From: Squatina squatina
Taxonomy: Eukaryota
Assembly: GCA_031763465.1 (NCBI GenBank)
Contig: JARFOE010000080.1
Span: 7,240,811 to 7,272,999 of the forward strand
Length of the DNA: 32,189 nucleotides
Direction: 5' to 3'
The notes below the pieces were generated by a model. The model saw nothing but the letters and a program-made list of their open reading frames with translations, had not been told where the DNA came from and ran no database searches. The position numbers were made by a program, and so were the translations under genes. Of this stretch, positions 12,829 through 23,939 are shown one piece after another; position 1 is the stretch's first letter; every line of letters begins with the position of its first letter.

Positions 12829-13583
12829 CTGTAAGAAAACAAGATGCAAAACAACAAATGGAATTAATTAGAATAACTTTACACTGCTTATATCTGCAAA
12901 TAACTGTAGATGGTGAAAATCTGAAACAAAAAAATAGAAAATACAGTAAATTGACTGCTTCATCTCAAATGCACCATTAAGGTATTCAAAAAACTACCTG
13001 GGCCTTTAAATGTGATGATTTCTTTTGACATTTCTCAAACCAGCCATCCAAAAACATCCATCAATCTGCTGCAGCCCTCTAGAGGGAGCTCTGTAACAAT
13101 AGTTAGCATTTTGCCGAGGAGAATTTAGAAAATGCAAAGGGAAAACATAAGAATTCATCAACAAATGAAAACACGCACTCCAAAGGTCTGCTGCNNNNNN
13201 NNNNNNNNNNNNNNNNNNNNNNNNNNNNNNNNNNNNNNNNNNNNNNNNNNNNNNNNNNNNNNNNNNNNNNNNNNNNNNNNNNNNNNNNNNNNNNGTACAT
13301 GGAGTCCGGATACAGGTAACAATGGCAAAAGCGACTCAAGGGGCTGAATAGCCAACCCCTACTTCGTAAGGAGCAGCCACCGCCATCAAAAATCTGGCAC
13401 AAATGTTGCAGGCTAGTTTACATAACCTATTTGAAAACTATAATCAGCAGCATTTTATGTGACTTTGATACAGTTGTAATAGTACAAGGCTTAAAATGCT
13501 TAATGCATCTGTGTGTGAAGTATTAGGGACAGAATTTATCTAATCATTTGTTTGTATGCAATTTTTTCCCAAGTTAAACTTAC

Positions 13584-13811
13584 CCTAATAATATACTGAT
13601 AGATGATAACGAGACTGGCAGCCATTGAGAGATTCGCCAAGAAAGAGAATACTGCAAGGTACTTTAGATCACGAATAAACACAAAGCAGATCAAAAAAGG
13701 AAGCAAGCTCAGCATGTATATCCTTGAATCAACATTCCAGTCTTCAGGTGGATTAATGGTACTGTTTAGGTCACTGTAACTTGTATGATTCCTCAGGAAA
13801 CCTTCCACTAC
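13584..13811 (-). CDS. SLC36A4: SLC36A4 internal exon (228 nt)
   Basis: cacAG acceptor and GTAAGT donor. Reads VVEGFLRNH...[49 protein letters not shown]. Confidence 0.92.
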
Positions 13812-16546
13812 CTGTGGAGATAAAGCATGGGCAAAATAACCTCCTTCAGAATTAAACAAATCCATTTGTGCACATATACATATATATTGAAACAAAATGA
13901 CACCAATATATACCCTGTGTTCACAATTCACAGGGTAAGTAAAGGATTCTTTCCAGATAACAAGGTGCTATAAAAGGGAAAGGAGGAGAGGATACACACA
14001 GAAATAAAGAAACAAAATTGGATAATAAAGGAGAAAGGGGTGAATATCACAGTGATGGGGTAAGCTTTTTGTTTTTGGTCCATTTTTGTACAGCAGTGTG
14101 GCTATGACCAGCTGTGAATTAATCATTGCACGTTCAGATTGTTGAGGCTACAGAAAAATAATATGGCTGGTATATATTTTATTTATTTTAATTACAATCA
14201 GCCTCCAATTATATAATCATGTGTCAAAATCTTAAATCACTGAACACTCTCTAAATCAAATTTCACTGCCAGATGTGAGCCAAACCTGATCGCTAAGTGA
14301 AGCATTGCAGCAGAGGAAATAATGACATTGCTTATGTGATCTGAATGAATATAACTCCTCGTCTGTTAATAAGCATCAATAGTGACAGGTATGAAAGTCA
14401 CTGCTCAGGCATTACCTCCACCATAAGCAATCGTCACTATAATAAAAAGGCACATCACTTGTGTTTTAAGAAGCAGCGGCAGATGTAGATACAGTCTACT
14501 CATAGTTCTTAATTCAAATTATCCAATCATTTAGTATTTTAGCACAAAGTTCCCACTTCTCTACATTACATGTTGTTTAATTTAAATTATTATAGTTCAA
14601 ATTTAAATGATTTAACTTTAAATGATCAGAAATAGACTAGTTTCTTTTACACGATTAGAAGGGCCATATACTCCAGCAGTTGCTTTCTATTACAGAAAAT
14701 ACTTTCCTTCGTCATACAGCTTTTGGGCTTTGAAAATTGTAGGATTGTATAGAATCAGCTATTTATTATTTCTTCCAAATTCTACTTAAATCAGTAATCC
14801 CTGACATTTCTCAACATTCTTCTCTAATTCAAGATACATCCTAAATGTTATAAATAAGGTTTAATTTGTTATTTTATTCTGACAGAATAGCATCTAGAAA
14901 CCAAAAAATATAATAATGAATACTCANNNNNNNNNNNNNNNNNNNNNNNNNNNNNNNNNNNNNNNNNNNNNNNNNNNNNNNNNNNNNNNNNNNNNNNNNN
15001 NNNNNNNNNNNNNNNNNNNNNNNNNNGTGTCAAATCCAACGGAATGAGGCTCTTTCAGGGAATCTGACGCCACTTAATTCCAGAATTAGGCTGAGCCCTG
15101 ACTCTTGATTTAGTGTCTGTGCAAGGTGCAAATCACTTCACACTGACGCTAAATTTTCATTAGTCGAAAGGTGTATTTATGCTGGAGAAGTGAGCTTCAG
15201 AGAGTCAAATTATATTTTCTTGTTCTTCAGTTTTATGTTATCGAGGTTTTTGTATCTTGGATCTTGCCCGATGCATGCAGATCTCTTTATTTGTGTACTG
15301 CTTAATTAGTAATTTAAAGGAGCTGTTTTTTTCCCATTGCTGGTAGAATTATCAGATACATGTCCAATATGAAAATAGATAGATGTGTATTTATATGGAT
15401 ATTGGAATTACTGTGTATTGGTTAAATAATTATTTCTAGTGTGTTCAGTTTCCCCTCTTCCACATCCAAACCCCCTTGCAATCAACCTTGGAACTGTCAG
15501 CAACACCATGGTGCAAACTGAATTTTCTTTCAGACCCTTATGATTTGTGATCCTGGCTGCAGTTTATATTACTGAATGATCTTTTATGTGAAATGTAATT
15601 GTGGTATGACTGTTTCTATGAACTCTTCCATTCTAAGTAAATAGTCACTTTGCAGCCTTCCTCCTCCATTTGTCAGGCTGGTATCGCAGGAGCACTAACC
15701 ACTCTTTCTGTGAGATTTATTATGTGATTCTCACTGGGAGCAAGACTGACTGGTCCCAGCTGGAAGAGATAAGCACAAAGTGTAAATAACAGTAATTGGT
15801 AAATTCACCAGTTAATATATTTGCGAGTTTCTGTTCTGCAAGTCACATAACAATGTTCAGTTGAGGTTAAATTTCAATGCAGTGCAAATTGCAATCAAGC
15901 TCAAATAAAATGCTTGAAGAAAGTACAAGATATTTGATTATGGCTAAAGAAACAAGTAATCATCAGGTCTCCTTTCTCTTATGAATATTGAAAATTGGCT
16001 GGTTTTTAAATTCAACAGGGAGAAAAGCTTAGCTTTCTGAAGCCATTTTATGCCTCCAGCAGTTAATTTTAAAGATGATGGAATACCCATCCACATTAAC
16101 ATCACTGAAGGCCAGTAGCAAAAATTACTGTCAGGGATGCTGAATACTGAATTATCATTTAAAACATTCCTTCCCCTTCAACCATAATCTTCCACTGCAC
16201 TAATTCTTAATCAAAGCTTTCTAGAGCTGTGATACAGAAAGATTCCAAGCAACCTTTTCAGTTTTTGTTTGTGTGCTTGGAAACCATTTTAGACTGGACT
16301 CACCAGTTTTTTTTAAAAAGGGACATGCACAAAATATACATAACTAATGGATGAAAATTCTATAATCATGAGTATTTTAATCATTATTTAATCCGTCTGA
16401 AAGCACATACAAAAAGTGATAATATAAGCTGCATCAAAATACTTCATCTTGCCCCTGCACACAATATCACTGCAATGAAAATTACAAATAAATCTTCTGG
16501 ATCTCTCCAAGCAAGAAAAAAAGAAGGTTTGTCAAACACTTTTTCA

Positions 16547-16714
<168 letters not shown>

Positions 16715-16971
16715 TCAGATTATCTTCTGTTTTAATGTACCAGAGGTCTGTCTCTCAAAGCTCAGATGATATGTGACCACAAGCAAAAATAAAACTGCAC
16801 TTGAAGCTAGTTTTCTGGGGAACAATCACAATGTACACCTCTTGATGGAATCAAGATATCCATAACTATTTGACTGGGAAAGCTCAACACAAGGTTAGCG
16901 TCTGGGAGACGTGCTTATCCACCTCAAACATGGCTGATTACACATAGGGNNNNNNNNNNTATCAGGTCTAA

Positions 16972-17122
16972 AAGAAAGAAGAATGACTCATTTATAGAAT
17001 GCCTTTCACGACTTCAAGACATCCCAAAGTGCTTCACAAGCAACGAATTACCTTTATTTTTGAAGCAGAATCACCATTATGCAAGCAAATGTAGCAGTCA
17101 ATTAGCATACAGTAAAGTCCCG
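16972..17122 (-). mobile_element. SacSINE1/DeuSINE-like SINE 3' tail, diverged
   Basis: Reverse complement contains tgtgaagcactttgggatgtcttgaagtcgtgaaaggcattctataaatg followed by a T-rich end; same family as 6680-6800. Confidence 0.65.
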
Positions 17123-17400
17123 CTCCAAGTTTGGGGTCTTCTCTCGGGTGCAGTGGTGCTAGCCACTCCTGTTAGCAGTCTAGGCATCTTACATTTAGTG
17201 GTGTGCCAGAGAAGTCCAATATGTAACTGTGCAATACCGTAACCCAGTGGTTCAGCAATAGTCATCTGAATTTGNNNNNNNNNNNNNNNNNNNNNNNNNN
17301 NNNNNNNNNNNNNNNNNNNNNNNNNNNNNNNNNNNNNNNNNNNNNNNNNNNNNNNNNNNNNNNNNNNNNNNNNNATAGCAAATGTTAACCCCACTATTTA

Positions 17401-18055
17401 AGAATGGATGTGTTCTGCAAGCATTTGGTCTCTTCAATGTAGAGGAGACCACATTGTGAGCAGCAAATGCAGTATACTAAATTGAAAGAAGTACAAGTAA
17501 ATCGCTGTCTCACCTGAAAGGAGTGTTTGGGGCCCTAGACATAAAAGGGCAGGTGTTGCTTCTCCTGTGCTTGCACGGGAAGGTGCCGTGGGAAGGGGAG
17601 GGGGTGCTAGCGGTGATGGAGATGTGGACCAGTGTGCCGCGGAGGGAGTAGTCTCATTGAAATGCTGAATGGAGAGGGGAGGGAAAGATGTTTTTGGTGA
17701 TGGGATCACGCTGGAGGTGGCGGAAATGGCGGAGGATGATCCGTTGAATGTGTAGGCTGGTGGGGTAGAAGGTGAGGACAAGGGGAACCATATCATCTCG
17801 AAGGGAGCGGAAGGGTGAGAGTAGAAGTGCGGGAAACCGCACAGACATGGTCGTGGGCCCTGTCAACACCTCCATTCAGTCTGCAAGTGGGACACTGAAT
17901 TTCCAGTCACCTGCTGCTCTACTCCACTTCCACTCTGAATTTTGATCTTTCAGTTATGGTGAAAGGTCATTGACCTGAAATGTTAAATCTATTTCTCTCG
18001 CCACAGATGCTGCCTGACCCGCTCAGTATTTCCAGCATGTTCTGTTTTTTATTAG
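17401..18055. mobile_element. Penelope-like retroelement fragment (GIY-YIG endonuclease end and 3' terminus), internally inverted
   Basis: Minus strand 17864 to 17401: VPLVLTFYPTSLHIQRIILRHFRHLQRDP...HGTFPC...RFTCTSFNLVYCICCSQCGLLYIEETK..AEHIHS. Plus strand from 17865: HLHSVCKWDTEFPVTC, then the typical terminus aaggtcattgacctgaaa...ccacagatgctgcctgacc. Confidence 0.85.
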
Positions 18056-18180
18056 TTCTTTTGTGTGAGGTGGTTGTGAGGAGGATTTTCCTGTTTGGCA
18101 TTCCAGACTACACTACAACATGCCTGGAAGAAGATGGTGACTGTAATCTTATCAGTTGTTGACATTTCCAAAAGCTCTTT

Positions 18181-18332
18181 GGGATAAATTCACCGCTCTT
18201 GTACTCGCAACAGAGAGCCACTCTCAAAGAGAGCACAAATTGGAGCTAGAGCTACTTCTGCTGATTCAAAGGTCTGTGCTCCCTTCAAGCGCAGGTCCTC
18301 TGCTGGGAGAACATAATTGGTGAATTTACCCC
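18181..18332. mobile_element. MITE with imperfect terminal inverted repeats (Harbinger/Tourist-like)
   Basis: gggataaattcacc (18181-18194) versus ggtgaatttacccc (18319-18332), 13/14 complementary, with looser pairing extending to about 35 nt. Flanks are TTT and TTA. Confidence 0.65.
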
Positions 18333-18364
18333 TTAATCTGCAATTTTACCATTCTGTTTCATAG

Positions 18365-18460
18365 GTGGGTAAACTTCATCAGCAGCTAGAAGACTTTGAA
18401 AACTCTCATAGAGAAATGATACAGAAGTATGAAGAACAGCTTAAATCCTTTAAATCTGAT
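18365..18460 (+). CDS. DEUP1: DEUP1 (CCDC67, CEP63 paralogue) early coding exon, coiled coil
   Basis: tttcatAG acceptor, GTAAGT donor, 96 nt phase 0-0. VGKLHQQLEDFENSHREMIQKYEEQLKSFKSD resembles recalled human DEUP1 VGLLRQKLDSLEKCNLAMTQNYEGQLQSLKAQ. Lies between SLC36A4 and SMCO4, the DEUP1 syntenic position. Confidence 0.8.
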
Positions 18461-18646
18461 GTAAGTGGAATATGTTCTTTACTAGCAATATTCAATCACA
18501 GTTTAAACAATTGTTTGCTCCAGGAGAAAATAATAGTTGAATTAATAAATAATGGAATATTCTGATCAGAGTTATTTATAATTTGTTTTGAAAACTATAT
18601 AATTGTGACCAGTATTTTAAGCTGTTGATTGAAATCTCGAAATAAT

Positions 18647-18799
18647 GGCATGTAATTTCCTCTGAGCTGTTCCTGCACCACCATAACTTTATTGGAAGTG
18701 CGGCAGAAACTCCGTCTACACACATAAGTGGGATTTCTGTCTTGCTTCCAGGAAAATTATGATGGTAGAGTGGGTGCAACTCCAAGGAAATTCCTGGCC
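18647..18799. mobile_element. Palindromic (foldback) MITE
   Basis: Left arm ggcatgtaatttcctctgagctg...accaccataactttattggaagtgcggcagaaactcc pairs imperfectly over about 65 nt with the right arm (reverse complement ggccaggaatttccttggagttg...accatcataattttcctggaagcaagacagaaatccc). AAT occurs on both flanks. Confidence 0.75.
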
Positions 18800-19036
18800 A
18801 ATGTATTTATAAAATAAAAGTCAAAGTTGACTCTTTCAGCTCGACATGAGGCTCTGGATAAAGGTTTTGACACCCACCCTCAATTCCTTCATTCAGTTAC
18901 ATAGCAAGCGTCAATTCATTGTCTTTTAATGTGAGCNNNNNNNNNNNNNNNNNNNNNNNNNNNNNNNNNNNNNNNNNNNNNNNNNNNNNNNNNNNNNNNN
19001 NNNNNNNNNNNNNNNNNNNNNNNNNNNNNNNNNNNN

Positions 19037-19560
19037 CCACTCTTCTTCCTCCCCCCTCTGCAGCTGAGCCACCATGGTGCTATGGACTTGGCTCTGGCTG
19101 CACTACCCAGGAGGAACCATCACCCTCACCAGTATCCAGAATTGAAAACCGGTTAGCGAGCGAGATGCATTTAGGGGAGTCCTGCCGTACCTGCCTGGTT
19201 TTCCTTGTCTGTCTGGTGGTCACTTATTGTCTCTCTTTCTGCACACTTTTAAGCTGCGGGGTGACCACCTCCTAAAATGTGCTATCCACAAAGTTCTCAG
19301 CCTCGCAGATGCACTGCAGTGAAGCCAGCCACCACTCAAGCTCCGAAACCCAGAGCTCGAGCAGCTCTAGCTGGTGCCACTTCCTGCACACGTGGTCGTC
19401 CAGCCTATGAGAAGCGTCCAGGACTTCCCACATGGCACAGGATGTGCATTTCATGGGACTAAGCTGCCTTGCCATGCCGCTATTTAATAGACTATGAATA
19501 TACTTAGCAGAAATAAACGAAAAACATTTTGAAAAAGCACTCACCAATCAGCTCCTTCTC
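19037..19560 (-). mobile_element. CR1-clade LINE 5' region and ORF1 N-terminus (zinc finger/leucine zipper), copy 1
   Basis: MARQLSPMKCTSCAMWEVLDASHRLDDHVCRKWHQLELLELWVSELEWWLASLQCICEAENFVDSTF*EVVTPQ: CxxC...CxxC-like motif, a leucine heptad and in-frame stops. Confidence 0.75.
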
Positions 19561-19679
19561 TGGGGCCGACATTACTTTANNNNNNNNNNNNNNNNNNNNN
19601 NNNNNNNNNNNNNNNNNNNNNNNNNNNNNNNNNNNNNNNNNNNNNNNNNNNNNNNNNNNNNNNNNNNNNNNNNNNNNNN

Positions 19680-20040
19680 CCTCCATAAAGGTGCTATCCG
19701 CGAAATTCTCAGCCTCGCGGAAGCACCGCAGTGACTCCAGCGGCCATTCAAACTCCAAAACCCGGAGATCGAGCTGCTGCAGCTGATGACACTTCCTGCA
19801 CATGTGGTCATCTAGGCATCCACGACTTCCCGCAAGGCACAGGATGCGCATTCCATGCGGCCAAGCTGCCCTGCCATGCCACGCTTTTACTTTACAGACT
19901 ATTTACTTTAAACTGGAGACTAGAAGGAAGAAGTACTCACCAGCTACTCACCAATCAGCACATTCCCCTGTGCCAATGTCACTTTTTATTCCTGACATCA
20001 CGCTTTGAACTCTGCCTGTGCTCCACTCGCACCGCTGCTC
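19680..20040 (-). mobile_element. CR1-clade LINE 5' region and ORF1 N-terminus, copy 2
   Basis: MAGQLGRMECASCA...DDHMCRKCHQLQQLDLRVLEFEWPLESLRCFREAENFADSTFME. Shares the upstream motif ctcaccaatcagc with copy 1. Confidence 0.75.
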
Positions 20041-20553
20041 CCAGTGAGTTTTTGCCTTCGAAGGCTGGTTAGCATCAGTAAAACGGGTGCTATGCGGCTG
20101 AATGTCCAGGGCATTGCCTTGTAATTGTTCAATCTACCATTAGGTGGATTTGCCCCAGAAATTGTTCAACATGCTGAAATTTCGAATGTTCAAAATAAGA
20201 ATTTAAATAAGTAAAATGATACATTTCACAATAAAGTGATTACATTTATTCATTGAATTGTCTTTTATGTTTTTTCGTGTCTTCATTAAAGGTTTGATTT
20301 GAAGAGCTCAGATCCTCCCAAAAGCCTGGCCTTGGACTTGAGCCAGAGCTGCCATGCTTTGAGCTAAATTTAGATTGTGCCATCTGAGCACGTGCAGCAT
20401 ACCAGATTTCCTGGGACGCATCAGTAGTCTTCAGTCAGCTGTACTAATGGAATNNNNNNNNNNNNNNNNNNNNNNNNNNNNNNNNNNNNNNNNNNNNNNN
20501 NNNNNNNNNNNNNNNNNNNNNNNNNNNNNNNNNNNNNNNNNNNNNNNNNNNNN

Positions 20554-20979
20554 AGCACTGTAAGTCGCACTGGGAAACAGCACTGTGAAGGCCAGGAAGT
20601 GGAAGAGCTCCGACTGTATGCCCAACACACCTAGGATGCTGAGGACTACCAGCTGGCCCATCAAGGGGGAGTGTGCGCCATAGTAGGGGACAAGTGCATC
20701 ACTAATATAAGAGATGAGTCCTACAACATCTCCGATGCCATTCAGGACATTCAGAAGCAAGTAGATAGCTTTAGGCAGGGACTTACAGGACGGAAGGGTT
20801 GGTTGGGTTGGCTAAGAGGAGGATCGTGGGCATCATACCTTCTGCATGGAGCGGTGGAGCTAATCGTTATTATTATAGTAAGCTGTGTGGTGCTGGCCTA
20901 TCTAAATACCTCTTGCAAGGTCCTTATTAATAAACTCTCAGCCCCTTTCTCGCCGCCACTCGAGGTTATCATGTTATGA
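20554..20979 (+). mobile_element. Endogenous retrovirus Env transmembrane subunit fragment (gamma-type), decayed
   Basis: In one frame: EVEELRLYAQHT*DAEDYQLAHQGGVCAIVGDKCITNIRDESYNISDAIQDIQKQV...GWLGWLRGGSWASYLLHGAVELIVIIIVSCVVLAYL. This gives heptad, ISD-like segment, CX6C, N-glycosylation sequon NIS, Trp-rich membrane-proximal region and TM helix. Confidence 0.82.
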
Positions 20980-21096
20980 TAGAAATCAGGGAATGAGGAA
21001 GGAAAGGTTTAAAACTCGGACAAAACCTTTCTAATTACCATGAGAGCCAAAATACATTTGTGTGATGATCCAGATGTATATATTATTTTTCCTTAG

Positions 21097-21211
21097 GCTT
21101 GATCTATCCCATACATATTGCATGCAGCAGAACAACGAGCTCAGCAGAAAGGAGGAGGAGTTACAGAGATTGCAGAATGAGTACATGGAAGGGAAGAAGG
21201 AAGTCAATAAA
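21097..21211 (+). CDS. DEUP1: DEUP1 internal exon, coiled coil
   Basis: tttttccttAG acceptor and GTATGT donor. Reads LDLSHTYCMQQNNELSRKEEELQRLQNEYMEGKKEVNK, CEP63/DEUP1-like, with the expected strand and position. Confidence 0.72.
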
Positions 21212-21989
21212 GTATGTCACTTGCACTGTGTCTGCTGTAGCATAAGTTTAGAACTTTATTAGATGTTGCATTATTCAGTCTGTCTTATCATAGCCATGAA
21301 AAGTTACAATTTTTACTACCTTTTCTCATTGCACATATTTGATCAGTGTCAGTTTTTATTAGGTGGATTTACGATGGCTCTAAGTCAAAAATAGAAACTG
21401 CAAAATCACCTAGTGTAGTTATTTTTTCCTAGCACTGGCATGCATTAAAGATAGGAACGATCCAGTAACTATGAGTCAAATGTTTTATGTTCGTGGGTTG
21501 TTGGAATGATGGAGTTGACACAGCTTAACTTTGTATTTATATATAAACACAATACTATGTTAGACTCTGAATTGGCCTAGTTAGTACATATACTCTTTGG
21601 TGGGACATCCCACTCCTGGCTTCTCCAGGCATTGTCCTGATGATCTCAGGGTGGAGTTATCCTTATATAGGTTACACAGACAGGGAGGGGTTACAACATC
21701 AGGTGACTACAGTGGCTGATACAGGTCCAGCTCAACTCTCAATGCACACTCTCAATGTCAATACATAACAATACTCCTCTGTACCTTGTTTCCTTTGATG
21801 TTTTATTCTTGTCTTCACTATTCTTCTTAATCATTCTCCTATCTGATCTCAGGTGTGTCTCTTCAAATTTACTATTTCTGTCCGGTTTGCCCCTTTTCTA
21901 TACTTATCGTTAGCCTCTTTCTCATATGCTCTGAGATTTGCTCCTTCCTCCAGCCTTTGTAGTTAAATACTTTCCTACTGCTCTGTTTA

Positions 21990-22262
21990 TACAAGCTTAA
22001 ATGTAAGAGATTTAGAATAGATTGCAGGAAAAACCTCTTTACACAGTGAGTTGTGTGGCTGTGGAATTCATTTCCAGGCATAGTGGTTGAGGCAGAAACT
22101 AAGTCAACATTCAAGAGTGGATTAGATAGGTGGATGAAGGGAAAAGGTTGAAGGAATATGGAAACAGAGTGGGTAAATGTCATTAGAACTATTTGCTCAC
22201 ATGGACGGTAAACACTGATACAGTATAATTGTGGCTGAATGGCCTGTGTCTATTTTGTATGT
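21990..22262 (+). mobile_element. CR1-clade LINE 3' end
   Basis: KLKCKRFRIDCRKNLFTQ*VVWLWNSFPGIVVEAETKSTFKSGLDRWM is a CR1 ORF2 C-terminal motif; followed by the 3' UTR hairpin remnant ggctgaatggcct. Confidence 0.82.
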
Positions 22263-22589
22263 AGATATATTTAGCTTTTCTATGAGGACATTTGGTTTAG
22301 ATGAAGCCCATCCCATCTGTAGAACTCCTCTCCGCCCCAGATCTCAGCGCAATTCCATGTAAAACTACGTATCGATGTGTTTTATCTACATACAAAAAAA
22401 ATCCTTACCCTGGCATCTGGGAGACAACAGACTACTCAGGACTTTCCCTCATGGCTGCAGAAAAGATAATTGTCACTGTTTAGGCTTTTACGCCAGATAT
22501 TCTGCTCAGGCTCAACATCACTGACCACTCCTGTAAGTGAGCCTCACAGCCCCTACGTTCAAAAGTGTGCCTTTACCTGCCCAATATCA

Positions 22590-22715
22590 TCAGTACAAGG
22601 TCTGCAACAGGTCAAGGAGAAGGTCCACCACCATCTTCTCAGGGCATTACAGATGGGCAATAAATATGGCCTTGCCGGCATCGGCCACATCCCGAGAAGA
22701 AATCATTTTTAAAAA
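22590..22715 (+). mobile_element. LINE (CR1/L2 group) extreme 3' end
   Basis: caccaccatcttctcagggcattacagatgggcaataaatatggccttgccggcatcggccacatccc resembles a common elasmobranch LINE tail (HHHLL ORF end followed by AATAAA). Confidence 0.6.
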
Positions 22716-22834
22716 GTATTTCTAGTATCAGGTGTAGCTCTTCCCAAACAGAAGTATTCCTTTATTTAGTTTTACACAAACCTGAGCTGCTTAGTGTTTA
22801 ACAAATCAAGTTAACTTAGAGCTCAAGGAACTAA

Positions 22835-23080
22835 ATCCTTCAGATCATAAAGGTCCCAGATTCAATTCCTTGTCTCTGCCGAGTCAGTTAATCTCAGCAG
22901 GGCAGCAGTTACGATGCTATGATTGGACTCAGCCCCCACTGAGGTAAGGAGGAGAAAAATGTAGCCAGGGTTGCTGGTCCTGATCACTATCCAGTGAGGG
23001 AGAGAGTAAGGTTGGGCTCAGTTGTGATTGCTACCCAGCATCAAATATCCCTAGCAACACTTACTGCCCAGGCTGAAGAA
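22835..23080 (+). mobile_element. Ancient tRNA-derived SINE-like repeat
   Basis: B-box-like aggtcccagattcaattcc followed by gagtcagttaatctcagc...ggaggagaaaaat..agccagggtt..tcctgatcactatccagtga. Related diverged copies at about 24440-24840 and 1900-2010. Confidence 0.55.
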
Positions 23081-23086
23081 AGGGTA

Positions 23087-23278
23087 TATAAGAACATAAG
23101 AAATAGGAGCAGGAGTAGGCCATTCGGCCTCTCGAGCCTGCTCCACCATTCAACTAGATCATGGCTGATCTCCTACCTCCACACCATTTTCCTGCACTAT
23201 CCCCATTTCCCTTGATGCCTTTAATATATAGAAATCTATCGATCTCTGTTTTGAATATACTCAATGACTGAGCCTCCA
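23087..23278 (-). mobile_element. HER1/CR1 LINE 3' terminus
   Basis: Plus strand reads ataagaacataagaaataggagcaggagtaggccattcggcctctcgagcc..., the reverse complement of a CR1 3' hairpin and TTCTTATG-type terminal repeat. Confidence 0.85.
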
Positions 23279-23939
23279 NNNNNNNNNNNNNNNNNNNNNN
23301 NNNNNNNNNNNNNNNNNNNNNNNNNNNNNNNNNNNNNNNNNNNNNNNNNNNNNNNNNNNNNNNNNNNNNNNNNNNNNNGGGTTAGCTGTTAGTCACAATT
23401 AGCAGAGACAGACGGAGGGAAAAAAAGCAGCAGCCCTTTTCATGCATAGTGTGTAAGGGTGAAATGTCATGGAAAATGGAAGGATGAGATGACCATAAAC
23501 CTGACAAAACTTGTCCGCCAGCCTCTCCAGACACCACATTCCTGACGTGCCCTGGCCCATAATATCCATGACAGTTTCTTCCAGAGGGGACAGGATGTGT
23601 ATGGATGCTGGGCCACCTCCTGTGGCTGTTCCCTTTTTATTTGGGAGCCAGCTTCAACTGCACGAAAGAATGGAGTGTGTTAGTGTTAGGCTAGTGAGAT
23701 GTTTTGAGGATGTTCATATCAGGGTAGGATAGTGTTGCTGGTGTGTGAAAGATGGCACATGTGTGAAGAGGACAGTAGCAGGTGCAGAGTGGGTTAGGAG
23801 CAGCAGCAGAAGATGGAGTAAAGTATGCTGCAGTGAGTGGAGTGGTGGGAAGTTGTGAGGGAAGGGTTATGAATGCTGGGGCTACATTTACTGCAGGGTT
23901 AAGCAGAAACTATTGATCGATGTGGGTTAAGAGTCTTAC

